This document shows positions 13,962-26,248 of a stretch of 64,000 nt of DNA, one piece after another. Numbering within the stretch: the first letter of the stretch is position 1; every line of letters begins with the position of its first letter. A program made the translations under genes and the position numbers. Below the pieces are notes generated by a model that saw nothing but the letters and a program-made list of their open reading frames with translations, made no database searches and was not told the DNA's origin. This DNA is from Octopus sinensis (Eukaryota), in NCBI RefSeq assembly GCF_006345805.1, contig NC_043005.1, positions 108,190,001 to 108,254,000 of the forward strand, written 5' to 3'.

Positions 13962-14212
13962 TTACTATTTACCTTTAGTTCTTTATTGCCCACAAGGGGC
14001 TTAACACAGAGGAGACAAACAAGAACAGACAAACGGATTAAGATGATTATATGGCCCCCAGTGCATAACTGGTACTTTATTTATCGACCCCGAAAGGATG
14101 AAAGGCAAAGTCAACCTCGACAGAATTTGAACTCAGAACATAATGGCTGACGAAATACCGATAAACAATAATTCGCCTGGCGAGCTAACGTTTCTGCCAG
14201 TGCACCGCCTTC
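13962..14212 (-). mobile_element. SINE family B
   Basis: Homologous to 6505-6742. Confidence 0.85.
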
Positions 14213-14509
14213 AAATGTAAGTCAAATGTAAGTATTTGTGCTTCTCTCTCTTTCCTTCACTTTCTTTCTCTTTCTGTCACACACATGTGAAGACATGGTC
14301 GAGAAATCTAGAAACTTGCTTTAGAAATGCATGGTTAGTGGGTTTGTTCAGACTGTGGGTAGTTTATCAGCTGGTGATTTTATAACTATGAGAACTGATG
14401 CTTGAATTTGGCACAAATAGAAACTGAAGAAACCCTTGTGTGTGTATGTCTATCTGTCTATCTATCTATCTATCTCTCCCCCTCTCTCTCTTTATATATA
14501 TATATATGC

Positions 14510-14580
<71 letters not shown>

Positions 14581-14602
14581 TAATAATAATAATAATAATA
14601 AT

Positions 14603-15255
14603 AATATTAGGGAGTATAACTCCAAACTTACAGGGAAAATTTCAATTTAGTATTAAATCAAATTTCACAATATAAATATGTTTGAATTGCATAATAGTGG
14701 TAATAGTGTTTTTATCTCTAATAATATTTATATATATATATATATATAATATATGATATATATATATATATATATATATATCAACAATTGAGGGTAAAAC
14801 TAATTAATTAATCAATTTCACCAAGTGTTCAGTATGTAAAAGGACCATTTAAGGCGAATTCAAAATATTACATTATATAATTAGGGCTTAGTAAAATAAA
14901 TTACTTTGCCACATACTGAACTTAGTAGAAATAGCAGCCAAAAAAAATTTTCTTAGCATTTCTACTACTTAAAAGAAAATTTCTCTCAGATAATGTTTAC
15001 TCCAGACAGCCCACGAAGGTTTGGAGGTAAATACAGAAAAATATCACAAGTACATAGATCGTTTGAGTACGTCAACGTTTCAAGATTAGCCAAATAAAAT
15101 CAGCATTTCTTTCGTCAGCTCAAAATTTCTTAATTTGGATTTGGAAATACTAAAAAGAAGGAACTTTACCTATCAGCGAACTTGTCGCTTCAGATGAACC
15201 ACTCTAACTAACAGTATCAACAAATTCAAAATGCGCAGGCGTAAATCTCTGCAAT
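14603..15255 (-). mobile_element. Non-autonomous (TA)n-embedded repeat with HHR motif (probable PLE derivative)
   Basis: Terminus tattagggag..ccaaacttacagggaaaa shared with 23968, 35352 and 59393; HHR at 15062-15125. Confidence 0.55.
15062..15125 (-). ncRNA. Near-canonical type I hammerhead ribozyme (one extra A in GAAA)
   Basis: TTTGAG-CTGACGA-AAGA..TCTT-GAAAA-CGT tg ACG-TA-CTCAAA: stems I 6 bp, II 4 bp, III 4 bp, GUA site. Confidence 0.6.
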
Positions 15256-15648
15256 TTTATATATATATATATATATACACATATGTATGTATATGTATAT
15301 ACAAACATACATATATGTGTATATATACATATGTATATACACTTTTATATGTGTACATATGTACACAGACACACACACACGTAGGTGCAGGCATGGCTGT
15401 GTGCTAAGAAGCTAGCTTCTCAACCACATTGTTTGAGGTTCAGTCCCATGTCACATTGAACAAGTGTCTCCAACTATAGCACCAGCTATAGGAGACAGTT
15501 GTCCAAGGTGAATGGATTCAGTAAATGGTAACTGAAAGTAACCCATCGTCTCCAGTATGGCCGTAGGCAAATGACTAAAAAAAATATAAGAATGAAAGTA
15601 AGAATATTATATATATACACATATTATATATATATATATATATAACAC

Positions 15649-15679
<31 letters not shown>

Positions 15680-15680
<1 letters not shown>

Positions 15681-15930
15681 GTTGGTATTATGCAAAAGTG
15701 TTGTAAGTTCAAAATGTTGCTTTTTCAGAAAATGTAAAAATAGTTTCACCATTCCATGGCAAAACTGTTGTAATACACTTTGACAATTTTTGATATTTTG
15801 GCATCTGAAGCAGCTGGAAATATGATAGTTTGCTGAAAAGAACCGGGTACTGCAAGCAAAAATAAATATTGAAAGAACGCATTTGGACAAATTTGGACAT
15901 ATGACAGTTTAACATAATAGTAATGGCATA
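15680..15930 (+). repeat. Dispersed repeat (probable DNA-transposon remnant)
   Basis: Diverged same-orientation copy at ~48345-48590. Confidence 0.7.
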
Positions 15931-15935
15931 CACAA

Positions 15936-15966
<31 letters not shown>

Positions 15967-16319
15967 CACATAATATATATATATATACTTATATGAATAT
16001 ATATATACATATGTAAATATGTGCATGTATGCACACACACACACACATATATATATACTTATATGAATATATATATACATATGTAAATATGTGCATGTAT
16101 GCACACACACACACACATATATATATATATCATATGTAAATGTGTGCATGTATATATATGTAATTTTTTGTGTTTGTGTGAGTTTGTTTCTCCTCTTGTC
16201 TTAAGATGCATTCACAGATTCTAAACAAATGCCTTGCCATTTATACAGCTGTTGTCATTTTCACGTAGTCCACCTTGATAGTATGTCCATGTTTTGTGAC
16301 ATGTCTTGACATGACATAC

Positions 16320-16712
16320 TCTTTACTCTTTTACTCTTTTACTTGTTTCAGTCATTTGACTGCGGCCATGCTGGAGCACCGCCTTTAGTCGAGCAAATCA
16401 ACCACAGGACTTATTCTTTTGTAAGCCCAGTACTTATTCTATCGGTCTCTTTTGCCGAACCACTAAGTGACGGGGACGTAAACACACCAGCATCGGCTTT
16501 CAAGCAATGCTAGGGGGACAAACACATACATATATATACATATACATATATACGACAGGCTTGTTTCAGTTTCCGTCTACCAAATCCACTCACAAGGCAT
16601 TGGTCGGCCCGGGGCTATAGCAGAAGACACTTGCCCAAGATGCCACGCAGTGGGACTGAACCCGGAACCATGTGGTTGGTTAGCAAGCTACTTACCACAC
16701 AGCCACTCCTGC
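16320..16712 (-). mobile_element. SINE family A
   Basis: Homologous to 7455-7850. Confidence 0.9.
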
Positions 16713-17504
16713 ATGTTGCATGATGTTTATAAATGAGAGGCTCTGCTGTGTTGTTTGTTTCCATGTCTCTGCGTAGGTATGTCTAGGTTGTTTATTGTTT
16801 GCTACACTGAGGAACTACAACCATGTTTGGTAACAGGTGAGGATTGGTAGCAGGAAGAAAAGGGATTGAAGTGTAGAAGATTCTTCCCCAGCATAGCCTC
16901 ACCTGACCCATGCAAGCATGGGATAGGTTCACATAAAAACAAGGACGACGATAATGAGGCCAGTATGGATGTTAGTATGTATGTGTGCCTATCATCACCA
17001 CCACCACACCACCACCACCACCAACCATCACCACCACCACCATCATCATCATCATCACCACCATCATCACCACCACCACCATCACCACCACCACCATCAC
17101 CACCATCACACCACTACCACCACCACCACCACCACCACCACCACCACCATCACCACCACCACCACCACCATCATCATCATCACTTTATGTCTGCTCTCCA
17201 GGTCACCACAGGTCACCACAGTTGTTGTCAGTGCATATATATGTAGTTGCCTATACATAGCATTGCATTTATGCATCTGCAGGTGGTAACGAATACACTA
17301 GCACAGAGGCATGGACAGCGTTAAAATTACATTATTCAGTAATGAATGAATTTTGGGAAAAAAACTATTTTGTAAATGACATTGTATCTGCGTATTTTCA
17401 CTTAATTAAAAATCACAATGAACAATATTCGCAGTTTTGGCCTGGCAGATTCTAACTGAGATCATCTGGGTTTTTAATTCTTGAAGTGCTGATTGAAAGC
17501 TTAC

Positions 17505-17543
17505 CATGTGCAATGACAGTATCTGCTGCATTCTTCCAAATGA
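17505..17543 (-). CDS. Candidate 39-nt exon, frame unresolved (IWKNAADTVIAH / SFGRMQQILSLHM)
   Basis: Acceptor atgattgacag, donor ATG|gtaagc; all frames open. Confidence 0.3.
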
Positions 17544-18207
17544 CTGTCAATCATTATTCTTGAGATTTATTGATGGTTAAGCAATACTAAGTCTGACATG
17601 AAATTGAAACCTTTTTATATTCAAATAGTAAGTCTCTTGACTTTAGAGGTATTTTGTAAACGAAACAATTGACTCTAAAAGACATTTTGAACATCAATGT
17701 GACCTTCATTATCATCCTACAGTATTTCCAAGAGATGGTTAGACTAAATGTAATAGGATATTCATGTAGGATATTGGAACATGCATATTAAACCAGGATG
17801 TTGACATTCATCAATGATGGATGAAACCATTACCTCAATCACATCACACTCACCCACCAAAAGATAAAACTGCATAGGTATGTTTGAGGATAAATTAAAA
17901 GAACATTATTTTAACCCTATTGTATCTTTCATACGTATTGATAAATGAATTTCAAATGTAATAGCCAATCATATTTAGGCACAAGCCACAACACCAAATG
18001 GGGCCAAAAAATGTTGGGCTTGCACAACAGAAATAAATTGTAAAACTCTGCTAATTTTTTAAACTATTGATTAGATTTCTTCACAAGATGCCTCCATTTT
18101 AGTAAGTTTATGATCAGTCAGTGGAAAAACCAACTACCTCAGACTAATCTGTTGCCTTCTAAACATTCAAATCCTTCTGCATAAACTAGGAACCAAACCA
18201 TTCTCAC

Positions 18208-18260
18208 CTCTGCACTGATATACCCTGACTCATCACACTACTTTGATAAACAATTACAAT
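18208..18260 (-). CDS. Candidate 53-nt exon (IVIVYQSSVMSQGISVQ)
   Basis: Acceptor ttgttatctgcag, donor GAG|gtgaga; only phase 0 open. Confidence 0.25.
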
Positions 18261-18629
18261 CTGCAGATAACAATTACTGGTGTATTGAAACACACACTAC
18301 AGACACATTTGTTATTAATCATGTATACTGACTCTGTATACTACTTAAACTATGTCAATTTTCATAAACTAAACAAGGGACCAGGAATTGTGGTGATTTG
18401 CTGTACTTGACAAGAAATGTCAAGCTAAGTAAAATCGCTACCATCCATACATACAGGCTTCTCCTTTACAGGTGGCAGTGCCACATAAGATGCATTTGTG
18501 CTGGTGTTGCATAGACATGCTCATTCCATAGTTTGTTTACCCTATTTGCATGCATATTCTTTTGGTGTGTGTGAGTGTGTATATAATTCTCTCATTGTGT
18601 ACATATATTTATATATTGCTGATCGCACA

Positions 18630-19120
18630 AATCAAAATTGCTCACATGGCTGATGACAGTACCACCTTATTGGCCCTCATGCCAGTGGAACGTTAAAAGC
18701 ACATCTGAGCATGATCGTTGCCAGGGACATGGATTGGCTCCCGTGCTGGTGGTGCATGAAAAGCACCATTTGAGCATGATCATTGCCAGCATCACCGTAC
18801 CAGCACATGTGCTGGTGGCACATGAAAAACAACATTTGAGCATGTTCGTTTTCCGTGCCAGTGGACTGGCTCCTGTGCAGGTAGCATGTAAAAAACACCT
18901 TTGAACGTGGTTGTTGCCAGAACCACCTGACTGGCCCTCATGCCGGTGTCACATAAAAGCACCCACTACACTCTTAGAGTGGTTGGCGTTAGGAAGAGCA
19001 TCCAGCTGTAGAAACTTTGCCAGATCAGATTGAGCCTGGTGCAGCCTCTAGCTCACCAGTCCTCACTCAAGCCATCCAGCCCATGCCAGCATGGAAAGTG
19101 GATGTTAAATGAAGATGATC
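18630..19120 (+). mobile_element. RTE-associated repeat family C (3' end ggaagggcatccagctgtagaaa...ccatgctagcatgg-(GAT)n)
   Basis: Same 3' end as the RTE at 8870-9060; copies at 25255, 26533, 33105, 38525 and 47165. Confidence 0.8.
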
Positions 19121-19939
19121 AAAATATTCATTAGTTTAAAATTTGGGTTCAAAACCAACTTTCCACTGCCACATAAATTTAATGACTAATGAGTGACAAG
19201 TGACATCTTCACCGATTATAAAAGAATGTAATCACTCCTTTCTTTACCCCTTCAGTCACAGATAAAAAAGTAAAACTAGTATTTTAATTTAATTTTTCAT
19301 CTACACCAAAATACAAGTAAATAACACATAATGAGTAAATTTTTGAAGAACTTGGTATTCAATATCCTTAATATTTGGAATGGATAGATAAAAATTTTGC
19401 TAAGACTAGGTAAAAAAATACCAATTAACCTCCACCTGTGAGATTTAGAAGAAGGTGCAGCCATCCTTTATAACTTGTGGGAAATCCATAAGTCCAAATC
19501 ACGTATGCATTTCAGAGGTGCCCAAAATGTTGGTAACTGTGACTCAATTATAATTTAGATTTCTTTTGTAATTTATGCTGAAAAATTGTCCAATGCTTAG
19601 ACAAGGTGACTGAAGGGTCAAGCAGAGACAAAGATTGACTCTGCAGCACCAGACAGCAGCAACAGCACATACAAAAATGATAAGCAGTATTCTACTGTTT
19701 CCTAAAGAAAATACAGATTTTATCATATCTGTCTATAAATAATTAAGAAAAACAACATCTTCAATAATTCCCTAATTGAGGAAAAGATTTTCATCCTAGC
19801 TATCAGAAATATCATTCACACTTCATGTTCAGTTTTCATGTTCCCTGCTTCAAATGTACTCCATCTTGAGATAGTGTCATGCACAATCCATACCTTTCAT
19901 TATATAAAAAAAAATTCATTCAAAGATTTCATAAATAGA

Positions 19940-20680
19940 TGCAGGAGTGGTTGTGTGGTAAGAAGCTTGCTTTCCAACCACATGGTTCCAAGTTCAGTCC
20001 CACTGTGTGACACTTTAGGCAAGTATCTTCTATTAAAGCCCTGATCTGACCAAAGACTTGTGAGCGGATTTGGTAGATGGAAACTGAAAAAAGCCTATCA
20101 TATATATATATATATATATATATAAACACATATAAATATATACATATATATACATATCATTACTGTTTTTTGTATTAATTTTGTATTTATATTCGTGTAA
20201 CATCGTCGGTTTTTCCATCCTTTTTTCATATACATTCGATGCTTTTTTGCAAGGAATCTAATGCTCTTAGCTTAGTTTTTCCTTGGGGCTGGCCAGATAG
20301 GAGCAATCTCAAGATTAATCATCCGAAATTGTGAGGATGATCCGGATTTTGACTGAAGATTAAAGGCTTCGAATGACCCATCCGTGTTTTTTCTATCGTC
20401 TATCTGGATGTTTTGCATTCTTGTCCCATTTTATATTTTTTTATATATATATACATATGTATGTGTGTATGTATTTGTGTGTTTGTGTTTGTCCCCCCCA
20501 CCACCGCTTGACAACCGATGCTGGTTTGTTTATGTACCCGTAACTTAGCGGTTCAGCAAAAGAAACTGATAGAATAAGTACTAGGCTTCCAAAGAATAAG
20601 TTCTGGGGTTGAAATGTTCATCTAAATGCAGTGCTCCAGCATGGCTGCAGTCAAATGACTGAAACAAGTAAAATAAAAGA
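19940..20680 (+). mobile_element. SINE family A interrupted in its internal (TA)n by a ~290-bp insert (20160-20450)
   Basis: 5' half 19940-20100, 3' half 20455-20680. Confidence 0.8.
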
Positions 20681-20869
20681 ATTTAAAAAATCATTGGTTG
20701 GGATATCTGTTACAATGTAATCTCATCTGTTATTGATTCCTGGTTTCTCTGCCATGGGGATATGTCTTGCTTCAGATTTACTTTCACTTGTTAAATTCTA
20801 TACACCGTATTTTTTCTTAGAATATGAAACTGTGTCCATGATCAAGTTGCATTAGTGTGACAAAAACGG

Positions 20870-21140
20870 TGACACATCAAGAAATAAGTCCATTATTTAC
20901 ACTTACATTTGACAGATATTTGTCCTCATCTTCTTTGTTGTTAACACGTTTTGGTTGATGTACTCTCCAGCCTTTATCAGGTATCCTGAGGGAATTTCGA
21001 ACCTGGGTTCTCATTCCTAAGGTATTTTTCTGACAACGACGACAACGTCATCGTCATCCAGGTCACTGCCTGGAATCAAACTCGGAATCTTGGGGTTAGT
21101 AGCTCACGCTCTTTACCACAACGCCATATACCCGTGGGCA
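20870..21140 (-). mobile_element. tRNA-headed SINE-like element with internal decayed HHR motif
   Basis: A-box TGGCGTTGTGG, B-box GTTTGATTCC; CTGATAA-a-GGCTG..CAACC-AAAA-CGT at 20945-20986. Confidence 0.5.
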
Positions 21141-21250
21141 ATTATGGAGTGAATTTTAGGGCTTATAAATCTGATATTTTCTTATCCTTCCTTAATACCA
21201 GTTCCTATATGCTACTCATATCTACACACGGTCTGCTTAGGAGGTTATTG

Positions 21251-21283
<33 letters not shown>

Positions 21284-21514
21284 CACCGTGATATTTTTTT
21301 ACCGTGACCGACCAGGCTATCAGATGTTGCTACACTTCGCTAGTCACAATGCGCTTCGCATTGTTTTAGCCTTCGAATGAAGCCACCCCGCTGGCTAAGC
21401 GAGTAGGCCAACAGAAGAAAGAGTGAGAGAAAGAGTGGTTGCCCAGACTTGTCCTTGGGAGGTTAACTTTCTAGGTGCAAACCCACGGTCAGTCATGATC
21501 GAAGGGGGTCCCAA

Positions 21515-21554
<40 letters not shown>

Positions 21555-21556
21555 CT

Positions 21557-21895
21557 TGGTTGGGACCTCCTTCGGTCATGACTGACCGTGGGTTTGCACC
21601 TAGAAAGTTAACCTCCCAGGCACAAGTCTGGACAAGATTGTTTATGGAAGACCAGCAGTCGCACATGCATACCAGGCTCCCCTCTCCACGCCACCAGTGT
21701 TATCCAAGGGAAAGGCAAAGGGGCCGATACAGCTTTGCACATGTAACGTCGCAACTCATTTCTACAGCTGAGTTAACTGGAGCAACGTGAAACAGAGTGT
21801 CTTGCTCAAGAACACAACACACAACCCAGTCCGGGTTTCGAGCTCACAACCTCACGATCGTAAGCTCGACGCTCTAACCACTGAGCCATGCGCAT
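21557..21895 (-). mobile_element. tRNA-headed SINE family D
   Basis: Head ggctcagtggttagagc..gagctcgaaaccc; copies at 41185-41382 (-) and 41484-41815 (+). Confidence 0.85.
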
Positions 21896-21910
21896 TCACT
21901 ATATATATAT

Positions 21911-21955
<45 letters not shown>

Positions 21956-22094
21956 GCATATATATATGTATATATATATATATATATTATATATATATAT
22001 GTATATATATGTATATGTATATATATATATATGTATAGATATATGTATGTATATATATAAATATTTGAGTAGTTGAATGAATTATCTTATTATG

Positions 22095-22200
22095 GATAAT
22101 TCGGTTAACCGATACCTGGGTACCAATTTCACGTCAGAAAAACACGGTTGAAGCTACATGCCTAGGGCAGAGATCACGTGCTTTCGTGTGGAATTTGTGT
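22095..22200 (-). promoter_or_regulatory. CpG-enriched promoter/first-exon-like segment
   Basis: CACGTG at 22175-22180, TGACGTGA on minus at 22129-22136, donor-like CAG|gtatcg ending at 22116; inference only. Confidence 0.25.
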
Positions 22201-22255
22201 GTGTTTTTAAATACAAATAAATGAAAGAATGGAGTTGAACGACGAATTAACAAAA

Positions 22256-22354
22256 TTCCTTTATTTTCGACATATGTTTCGAAGGCTGCATATTCCTAAT
22301 TTCAAAGGAATAAGGGGTGCATTATGCCGCCTTCTCATCAGGAAAACCAGGAAC
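22256..22354 (-). ncRNA. Type I hammerhead ribozyme, canonical core, GUC site
   Basis: Reverse complement of the 22461-22560 motif; core, stems I/II/III intact. Confidence 0.85.
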
Positions 22355-22460
22355 TTATGTCAGTATCAAGATGCACAAAAACTTTTAGATGACTACCCAC
22401 ACGGAGCCCATAGCGATAACTTTTTAGCGAAAGTTTTTGTGCATCTTGATGCTGACATAA

Positions 22461-22560
22461 GTTCCTGGTTTTCCTGATGAGAAGGCGGCATAATGCACCC
22501 CTTATTCCTTCGAAATTAGGAATATGCAGCCTTCGAAACATATGTCGAAAATAAAGGAAT
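22461..22560 (+). ncRNA. Type I hammerhead ribozyme, canonical core, GUC site (cleavage after 22546)
   Basis: TTTTC-CTGATGA(22474-80)-GAAGGC..GCCTTC-GAAA(22535-38)-CATATG-TC-GAAAA; stem I continues TTCCT/AGGAA after an internal loop. Confidence 0.88.
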
Positions 22561-22615
22561 TTTGCTAATTCGTCGTTCAACTCCATTCTTCATTATATGT
22601 ATAGATATATGTATG

Positions 22616-22646
<31 letters not shown>

Positions 22647-22715
22647 GTATATATATATATGTATATATATGTATATATATATGTATATGTATTATATATA
22701 TTGTATATATATATA

Positions 22716-22769
<54 letters not shown>

Positions 22770-23806
22770 TTTGAAACCTATTTCGTAACGTAGAAGTGCT
22801 GTTTGTTTTTCCCACCTTTACACTAAATCCCCACCACTTTCGCTCTTTTTCCTGGTTTCACACAACGGAATATTACCACTAAATAACTATACAATCAATA
22901 CAATTTTTAAAATAAAGCACTAAATTGATGTAAAGCTACGTATTTCTTTTAATCAAAATAATAAAAGCAACTGTAATTTAGATGTAATCTCATATGTATA
23001 TATTCTGTTTTCGTTTTCAAGCTGTTTATATAAAACATATCTGAGTATAATTTAACTGAGTGTAAATATAATTGTTTAAGATAACAACCAAAAATATTCT
23101 TTTAGTGTTTTTGTAGGTTAACAGCAAAAATCTTACTGTTTATCTTTTCTATCTTTATGGGTTTTCTCATAACATATCGATATAATAAAAGGATAAGATC
23201 GCTTTTGTTTCTAAAAACTCTTATCACCTTTACCCTGAATATTTCTATTTCATACCCATTTCTCTCACTTTGTTAATATGTTTTTAAATAGATTCATTGA
23301 GTACACCTATTAAAACTGATATAAATATTTTTTATGTATCTGTTGTTACATTGTTAATTTAATTTCTTTTTGCTTGCTAGATCTTAAGGATGGGACAGTG
23401 TCCATAACCTTTGCAAGCCTTGTAGACAAGTGAAAGTGATGTCATTACCTTTCTGCTTAAATTTAGTAAATATATATCTGTAGGAATGATATGTGTGGGT
23501 GAAGGTGGAATTCCGGAAGGTCATATTCAGTGAAAGAAGGCCTGGGCACAGTGATTAATTAGTGCAGAGCTTGAAGCAGTTAACAATAACAAGAGTGATA
23601 TGAGGAGGAGATAGGGGTGGAACAGGTAACATGACCCCCTGTCACTTCTCGAAACAGAAATCACTATACTAGTAGCAGAAAAGGCACAGATAGGTGACAG
23701 TGACACCTAGGGAACAAAAGCTGGAATTCATTTATCAGTGACTTTATGATGATTATTTGGATGTAGTGTTATGTGTGAATATATATATATACAAAATATA
23801 TATATG

Positions 23807-23841
<35 letters not shown>

Positions 23842-23842
23842 C

Positions 23843-23874
<32 letters not shown>

Positions 23875-23896
23875 ATATGTATATATATATATTATA

Positions 23897-23962
<66 letters not shown>

Positions 23963-23967
23963 CATAA

Positions 23968-24560
23968 TAATATTAGGGAGTAAATCCAAATTTACAGGGA
24001 AAATTTGATTTAGGATTAAATCCAATTTCACAGTATAAATATAAATTAAATTAGAGATAAAACCACTATTAGGCAAATCAAACGATGAAAAAACATAAAC
24101 CAAAACATAGAAATAAAATTAATTAATATAATATACAAAATATATATATAACCTATAAAATTTGAAATTTAAATAATTTAAATTTTTAATTTTATATTTT
24201 ATATATTTTGTATATCATATTATGTTTATTTTTATGTTTTTCATTGTTTAATTTGCCTAATAGTGGTTTTATCTCCAATTTAATTTATATATATATTATA
24301 TATAAATAAAAGGGGCAGGCAACAGGTTGCTTAGCCACAAACCGAGAAATTAGAAATAGCTGTCAAAAACTGTTTATTTCTATTTTCTACAAACGAGACT
24401 CCACATACGACATATCCTTGTAATTCACATATGCAAACCAGAAGGAAGAAATAACGAAAGCAAAGTCTAATGGTTATTTACGAACGCGTTTCTAGATTAG
24501 AAATATAAACTCCATGTCTTTCATCTGCGTAAACCTCCTCTTAAATAGATTTTTCAAATG
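23968..24560 (-). mobile_element. (TA)n-embedded repeat with internal palindrome and HHR relic
   Basis: Shared terminus with 14603; palindrome 24039-24290; HHR-like motif 24472-24535. Confidence 0.55.
24472..24535 (-). ncRNA. Mutated hammerhead motif (CAGAUGA, GUU)
   Basis: TTTACG-CAGATGA-aAGA..TCTa-GAAA-CGCG-TT-CGTAAA; homologous to 15062-15125. Confidence 0.5.
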
Positions 24561-24564
24561 CTAC

Positions 24565-24620
<56 letters not shown>

Positions 24621-24657
24621 ATATTCATGTATGCATATATATGTGTATGTATGTGTA

Positions 24658-24724
<67 letters not shown>

Positions 24725-25254
24725 ATGTATGTATGTATATATATGTATGTATATCTATATATAATATTATATATATATATGTATACACACCCACACGTTC
24801 CTGTGTACATTAATCAGTGAGAGATTGTTGCAGAAGACACTCGGCCAAAATGCCAAGCAATGAGACTGAACTTGGAGTCATGTGGTAGCAAAGTGAACTT
24901 CTTAACTAGAAATGTATACGCACGTGTGTGTGTGTATAATATCTATATATATATTTAGATATTTCACATTGTCAGATAATTCAACTAATCCCAATACAAT
25001 GAACTAAAACAATCCGATATTACAAGTAAATATATAATCTTAATCTTAATTTCATAATATTGATTATTTTTATATAATCACAAGTAATCTATAATTTAAG
25101 TTATTGTATTTATTATTTTTCATTTTTTTACTTTACTTTTGTTTGATGCCATAACGATGTAGAAATTAAATTGTCAAAAATAATTAAAAATAAATAAAGG
25201 AAAATAATTTAAGCAATTTAAGAATATGTAAAAAGGCCATCTGTACAACTTTTT

Positions 25255-25685
25255 CATCATCATCGTTTAACGTCCGCTTTCCATGATAGCATGGGTTGGA
25301 TGATTTGATTGAGGGCTGGCAAACCAGATGGCTGCACCAGGCTCCAATCTTGATCTGGCAGAGTTTCTACAGCTGGATGCCCCTCCTAATGCCAACCAAG
25401 CCGAGAGTGTAGTGGGTGCTTGTTACGTGTCACCAGCATGGGCGCCAGTCAGGTGGTACTGGCAATGAACTCGCTCGAATCTTTTTACACATGCCACCGG
25501 CACAGGTGCCAGTAAGGCGACATTGGTAATAATCACGCTCGAATGGTGCCCTTTTACATGCCGTGGGCACGGAAGCCAGTTGGCTGCTCTGGCAACGATC
25601 ATGCTCGGATGGTACTCTTGGAACCCTACTAGCACGGGCACAAGTAAGGCAACGTTGGTAATGATCGCACTTGAATGGTGCCCTT
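25255..25685 (-). mobile_element. Repeat family C
   Basis: Homologous to 18630-19120. Confidence 0.8.
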
Positions 25686-25741
25686 AGAAATCGCCATATG
25701 AAATATTATTTATTATTGTCTGTTGAAAATGGGACTAGTAT

Positions 25742-25948
25742 CTCTTTACTCTTTACTCTTTTACTTGTTTCAGTCATTTGACTGCGGCCATGCTGGAGCA
25801 CCACCGTTTGTCGAGCAAATCAACCCCAAGACTTATTCTTTGTAAGCCTAGTACTTATTCTATTGGTCTCTTTTGCCGAACCGCTAAGTTACAGGGACGT
25901 AAACACACCAGCATCAGTTGTCACGCGATGTTGGGGGAAAAACAGACA

Positions 25949-26019
<71 letters not shown>

Positions 26020-26150
26020 GACAGGCTTGTTTCAGTTTTTTTCTAGTAAATCCACTCACAAGGCTTTGGTCGGCTCGAGACTATAATAGAAGATACTTGC
26101 CCAAGGTACCACGCAGTGGGACTGAACCTGGGACTATGTGGTTGGTAAGC
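25742..26150 (-). mobile_element. SINE family A
   Basis: Homologous to 7455-7850. Confidence 0.9.
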
Positions 26151-26248
26151 ATTGGTTTCTATAATAAGGATATTAGAATATTCAAAAGGGTCAGCAAGTA
26201 ACATTTTTCAAGTAAGTGATGTAATTTCATTGCTTTAAATGACTGTAG

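Larger units (their letters stand above)
22219..22594. repeat. Near-perfect inverted repeat (~165-bp arms, ~43-bp spacer) carrying one HHR per arm
   Basis: 22219-22385 vs 22428-22594, about 4 differences; abuts (TA)n. Confidence 0.95.

Noticed and set aside
20345-20385. CTGAAGA...CGAAT in the insert within SINE A
   Set aside because: GAAA core and stems II/III absent
22229-22586. Two near-identical 82-aa ORFs (MELNDEL...) on opposite strands
   Set aside because: A by-product of the palindrome; the conserved feature is the RNA motif
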